A DNA stretch of 64,000 nt from Octopus vulgaris (Eukaryota), in NCBI GenBank assembly GCA_951406725.2, contig OX597823.1:2480001-2544000 (forward strand), written 5' to 3'. Positions 59,157 through 64,000 of this stretch are shown in pieces. The translations under genes were made by a program, and so were the position numbers. The notes beneath the pieces are model-generated. The model was not told the origin of the DNA and made no database searches. It saw nothing but the letters and a program-made list of their open reading frames with translations. Position 1 is the first letter of the stretch. Every line of letters starts with the position of its first letter.

Positions 59157-62100
59157 TCAGAATTTGGGCATTATGGCCCATTCAAGTAGAGAGTTATTGT
59201 TTACAGAGACATATCCGGGTGTAGGGGGTTTATCCGGGATTTCTTGAAGGAATCTGTCCAAAGACCTCTTGAACCCTATAGGGTCAGTTTCTGTTTTAAT
59301 GTGTTTTGGTGTAATGTTAAAGAGAGCGGCGCCAATTGAGGTGAAATAATTGTGCCGTATTGTTGTTATGAGATGAGAGTGCGATTTTTGTTTTGGGCGG
59401 ATGGCACGGGGCCCAAGCCTTGGATGTACCTTAAAGGTGATGCCAACATCATTTGGGCAATGCTGATGGAATATTTTCCACATCATGCAGATGATGTAGC
59501 GCTCACGACGACGTTGGAGAGAATAAAGTTTCAGCTTTTCTAGTCGACCCCAATAGTCGAGGCCTGTCATGCCATCTATCTTTTTTGTGATTGCCCTTTG
59601 AGGTGCTTCAACCTTTATGATACCTTGTATTGTGTGGGGAGACCACAGTGGACAACAGTATTCAAGGTGGGGTCGGGCAAAAGTGGAGAAGAGAAGGATA
59701 ATGGTGTGGATATCTCTCGACTGGAAAGTTCTGAGAATCCAGGAACACATTCTGCGGGCCATGTCAACTTTGGTGTTTATATGAGTGGACCAGCTTATGT
59801 TGTTGTCCACAATTACTCTCAAGTCTCTGATGTTGTTGGACGCCGCGAGAGTTTCACCTGAAGGAAGGGAGTATGGGAGTTTCAGGGCATCCTCTTTTCC
59901 AAAGTGGATTAACTCAAATTTATCCTCGTTCAGCAGCATATTGTTTTTTTCTGCCCATTGGATAACAGCCAGTAGATCTGACTGAAGGCATGTCCGGTCA
60001 CTCGCCTCATTTATGACCTTCTGTAGCTTGGAATCATCTGCAAAGATTTTTATGTTGCTGTGCTTGATGATGTCATTAATGTCATTAATGTAAATGATGA
60101 AAAGAAGTGGGCCCAGCACAGTGCCTTGCGGAACGCCACTACTGACTTTGGCTGGGCTTGATTTTACCCCTTCAACTACAACATGTTGAGATCTGTCTGT
60201 CAGGAAACACTTGATCCATTTCAGTAACTTTCCAGAGACACCAATGTTGGATAGTTTTTTCAATAGGATCTTGTGATCGACCCTGTCGAAGGCCTTACTG
60301 AAATCAAGGTAGATGACATCGGTGTTGGAGCCCTCTCCCAAAGCTCTCAACATGTCATCAAAGTGATGCAGGAGCTGCGTTAGGCAGTCCCTTCCATTAC
60401 GGAACCCATGTTGGTTGGAGATCAGCCGTCTGTTGCTTTCCAGAAATTGGGTTATTCGAGATCTCACCACCCTCTCAAATACCTTGATGATATGAGAGGT
60501 GAGTGAGATCGGACGGTAGTTCACTGCAAGGGACTTGTTTCCCTTTTTGAAAACTGGGACAACAGACTGGGACCGAAGGTTTTTTGGAATATAGCCAGCA
60601 TCCAGTGAGTTTCTCCACAGATTAGCAAGGGGAGATGCAAGTTGGTGTCGACACACCTTCAGGACACAAGCAGGGAACCTATCGGGGCCTACTGCTGAAT
60701 TGTGTTTTATTTCGTTTATCGCCGCTAAGACATCAGGGGCACTAAACGTTATGTCCGATATAGTGTGTTGGGGGTTGACATCACTGATACAGCCCAGATC
60801 GGCCATATCAGGATTGCTGAAAACAGAGCAGTATTGTTTCTGCAGTATCTCGGCCATGGATTTGGCATTTACTTGGAGAGTGCCAGTTTCATCAATTAGA
60901 GGGCCAACAATGGAGACAGTGACCCTGCGTTTCCTCGCAAATGAAAAGAACACTTTGGTGTTTTATTTTGATTTTTTCAATGGCCCACTTCTCCTCAGCT
61001 GATCTTTGGTTATTGATGAGGGTCTTCATGCATTGTTGGAGGTTATATTTTTTGGATTCAAGCAGTGCGATAGCCGTCGAATGTGTGTGTTGCTGTTGGC
61101 AGTACTTTAGTTTGTTAATTTTTTTGTTTGTTCTTTTTATTTTTCTGATAATGGTTTTTCTGTTTTGGGGGATTCTGCACTTTTTGTTCACAGGTCTTGG
61201 TGGGGAGTGTTTTGCACATATGTCTGTGACGGTGTCTACAAAGATCTGCCAAGATGTTTTATGGTTGGTGGAGATGTGTGTATGTGTAAAGGACCAGTCA
61301 ACATGTGATAGCTCGTTCCTGATTGCATCCCAGTTGGCATTATGGAGATCCATGTTGTCAAATGTGTGGGCTGGAGGGAGGTCACTAGGATTAGCTTTCG
61401 GCTGGTGGAATTTCATGTTACAGAGAACCATGTCATGGTCTGAAAGAAGGTTTTTTTCCACTGTAACGTTATGTATAGTGTTAGTGTGGTTACTAAACAC
61501 TAGGTCCAAAATGTTCTGATGTCTTGTTGGTGCAAGGACAAGTTTGGACAAGAAAAACTCATTCGTAAAGTCGAAAAGTGACTCTGCTGCTTCTTTGTCA
61601 GCGGTTGAGGCGGGAGTGCTTGGTTTCAAACAGTTTGTAGTCCAGTCAACACAGGGTAGATTGAAGTCTCCCATCATGAGTAGGTTGCTAGAATGGCACT
61701 GTTGAATAAAGCACTTAATGCTGTTGAGGCATTCTTTAAAGCACAGTATGGGTTTTTGGGGCGGCCTATAGAGCCCAATTACTGTCAGGTCATTGGCTTT
61801 GTTGTGCACGGTGACTGATTCACAGTAGCCGTTGGAGAATATACTATTTCCATCTGCCGTAAACGAGTCATGCAGGAAAATGGCAGTTCCACCCTTCCTC
61901 CTGCCGATACGATCCGCGCGGATGGTTGTGAAATTCTTCACTCTCACTTCGGCTTCCAAGTGGGAGTTGTCAAGGTGGGTCTCAGTGAGAATGAAGAAAG
62001 GGATGTGGTGTGGATGGTTACCAACCCAGTCTTCAATGAATTGGACCTTCCATTTTTGTGCATTGATGGAAGGGCTGACACCTTGTGCATTGAGTAGAAA

Positions 62101-62193
62101 TGTGGAAGTTAGTGTAGTGGCTGGTTTTGACTGTTGCAGGGGGCTTGGATTTTTTGTGTGTGTTAGTGGCAGCAATGTGGGGAATTGGTGCAC
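59157..62193 (-). CDS. CR1-like ORF2: APE endonuclease + reverse transcriptase (one frameshift)
   Basis: LTETHL, YRPP, GDFN, LDLVF, SDH; NYRPISLTS, LDFSKAFD, GVPQGTVLGP, FADDSK. Confidence 0.95.
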
Positions 62194-63395
62194 TGGGGTA
62201 ATAGCATAGGATGGTGTTGAGTGATGGCTAGAATATTTTTGTGTATCTCTTTTGCCATGTTCAACATGGCTAAAAAAGAATTTTCCTGCTTAGGGAGAAG
62301 TTTTTGGCTGGAGGTGTGGTTGCACTGTTGAATGGGGTTGTAGTTTCCACTTTTGTTGTTGTTGTTTTTGTGTCTTCCTGAAAAGACTGGACCAACATTA
62401 CTGCAGCATGGTGTGTTTCTATTTTTATTTTTATTCAGGTTTGTGTGTTGGCTTGAAGCCCCGTTTCTGTTTGTGCGTCGGGTCCCTGGAAGATGAGTGA
62501 AGGGACAGTCACTCAGCAGACATGTTCTCTCACGTTGGGAATACCGGCAGATTTTGGGACTACGAGTCGTGTGTGTTTTGAATTTCGATTTACTATTTGG
62601 TGGTGTTGATGTAATTGTGGGATGCGTGCTTTGGCCTTGGCCGGTAGTGCGTCTAGTGCCGGGTAGATGCGTGAAGATGCAGTCACTATTTGTGCAGAGT
62701 CTCTGGCGCAGTGAATAGCGGCATATTTTGGGGTTTCTTGTTTGTGCCGTGGGGGGCGCATTCTGCTTCCTATGTTTCTTTAAGTTTTTGTTACTGCAGT
62801 AGTATTGAGGTGGTGATGTGGGGAAAGAGAGCAGTGGTTTCTTATTTGTTTTTTTGTTGGTATTTTTGGTGATAGAAGACGATGGTGGCAGCGGTGGTGA
62901 TGATGATGATGATAATTGTGGTGGTTGCCGTGAGAGCGGTGAAAAGATACTGGCATTTAGTGAATCATCTAGTATGCTAGAGTTGAGGAGTGGCTGTTGT
63001 TGTTCTTGTTGCTGTGGCTGTTGTTGTTGTTGTTGTGCTTGACCGATGTTAGGGTCAGCCATTGTGCTCGGAACCAGGAGTAGTTCATTCTGTTGTTGTT
63101 GTTGTTGTTGTGGCTGCTGATTTTCTAGCTGTTGCTGTTCTTGAACAGTGAAAATATAAAGAAGCTTTTCAAAATGGCCTTTTGTCAGTTTGAAAGATAC
63201 TTCGATATGTTTCAGTTTGCTACGAATCTGTTTGACGGATCGTGTGTTGATCACTTGTGATGTTTTTTCGGCAATCTCATTCAAACACAAAACATTTAAA
63301 TTTTCTGTTTGGGAAAGAGAGAACCAAGTGTTTATTAAAACATCAATTTCATTATCAGACCAATTTCGTCTGTTGCAGGCCTGCAAGCTAGTCAT
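62163..63395 (-). CDS. CR1-like ORF1 with N-terminal Myb/SANT-like domain, polyQ and two CCCH zinc fingers
   Basis: NWSDNEIDVLINTW...RSVKQIRSKLKHI; ICRYSLRQRLCTNSDCIFTH and ICRYSQRERTCLLSDCPFTH. Confidence 0.75.
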   Translation of the reverse strand: MTSLQACNRRNWSDNEIDVLINTWFSLSQTENLNVLCLNEIAEKTSQVINTRSVKQIRSKLKHIEVSFKLTKGHFEKLLYIFTVQEQQQLENQQPQQQQQQQNELLLVPSTMADPNIGQAQQQQQQPQQQEQQQPLLNSSILDDSLNASIFSPLSRQPPQLSSSSSPPLPPSSSITKNTNKKTNKKPLLSFPTSPPQYYCSNKNLKKHRKQNAPPTAQTRNPKICRYSLRQRLCTNSDCIFTHLPGTRRTTGQGQSTHPTITSTPPNSKSKFKTHTTRSPKICRYSQRERTCLLSDCPFTHLPGTRRTNRNGASSQHTNLNKNKNRNTPCCSNVGPVFSGRHKNNNNKSGNYNPIQQCNHTSSQKLLPKQENSFLAMLNMAKEIHKNILAITQHHPMLLPQCTNSPHCCH

Positions 63396-63734
63396 GTTTG
63401 TTTTTCTTTTGATTTTTGATATATATATATATTCTTTCTTGGGAGTTAAAGAAGTGTATCAATATATAAATGTTCTCTCTTAAGGGTGTGAGTTATTGAT
63501 TATTTGGTTGTTTGAGGATATTAAAAGAAAAACAAGTGTATATAACAATTTGTAGTTAAATAAAAACGTACTTACGGGTTTGTAGGCAAACACGTGGTTA
63601 CAAATATATATATATCTAAGGTCAGTTAAGTTTTGAAGCTGTGTAGCTTGCTACTGACTTGGGAGAGAAACAAATAGACGTCCATCCAGTTCAACAGAGG
63701 CACTACATATATATGTATATATATATATGTATAT

Positions 63735-64000
63735 ATAAAAACTTAGATAAAACTTAGATATGTTTCGACCAGAGATTGGTCCAGGCCATGTCTAACTTAA
63801 TAGCACCACCTGATAGGATTATTCGAATCCTGTTTAAGTCAAGTTTTGTTCAAGTAGTGAGTTCTTGTTGGGTGAGTTGTATCCAGTTTTGTTCAAGTAG
63901 TGTGTTCTTGTTGGGTGAGTTGTATACAATTATGGGTGGCTTATCTGGTATTCTTTGAAGGAATCTATCCAGACTCTGTTTGAAGTTGATGGGATCCTTT
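63735..64000 (-). mobile_element. 3' end of another related CR1-like LINE
   Basis: Shares ccaggccatgtctaacttaatagcaccacctg with about 59109-59141; encodes FKQSLDRFLQRIPDKPP. Confidence 0.85.

Larger units (their letters stand above)
59065..63690 (-). mobile_element. Near full-length CR1-like LINE
   Basis: ORF1 63395-62163; ORF2 62193-59157 with a single frameshift near 60960; short-repeat tail (tactttga)n at about 59065-59088. Confidence 0.95.

Overview
AT-rich, microsatellite-dense animal genomic DNA. The repeat families and style suggest an octopus or other cephalopod (inference, not checked). Most of the window is transposon-derived: many Penelope-like elements (PLEs, RT + GIY-YIG), often in tail-out inverted arrangements; CR1-like LINEs, one near full length with a Myb/SANT + 2xCCCH ORF1; R4/Dong-type LINEs, one set in (TAA)n; a Tx1/L1 fragment; mariner and maT-like DNA transposons; Helitron pieces; and tRNA-derived SINEs. 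Read by eye, the minus strand carries a spliced host gene: three phase-0-joined coding exons (19181-18978, 15376-15131, 9598-9470) resembling the start of a molluscan lipoxygenase catalytic domain, plus candidate TATA box and 5'UTR exons. There are also about 15 PLE-type minimal type I hammerhead ribozyme motifs. Some show compensatory changes at the 3-8 tertiary pair (U3-A8, A3-U8, possibly G3-C8), and one is the 3' module of a tRNA-headed SINE (17690-18120), a candidate Penelope-mobilised ribozyme SINE. All calls are from manual reading; no searches were run.
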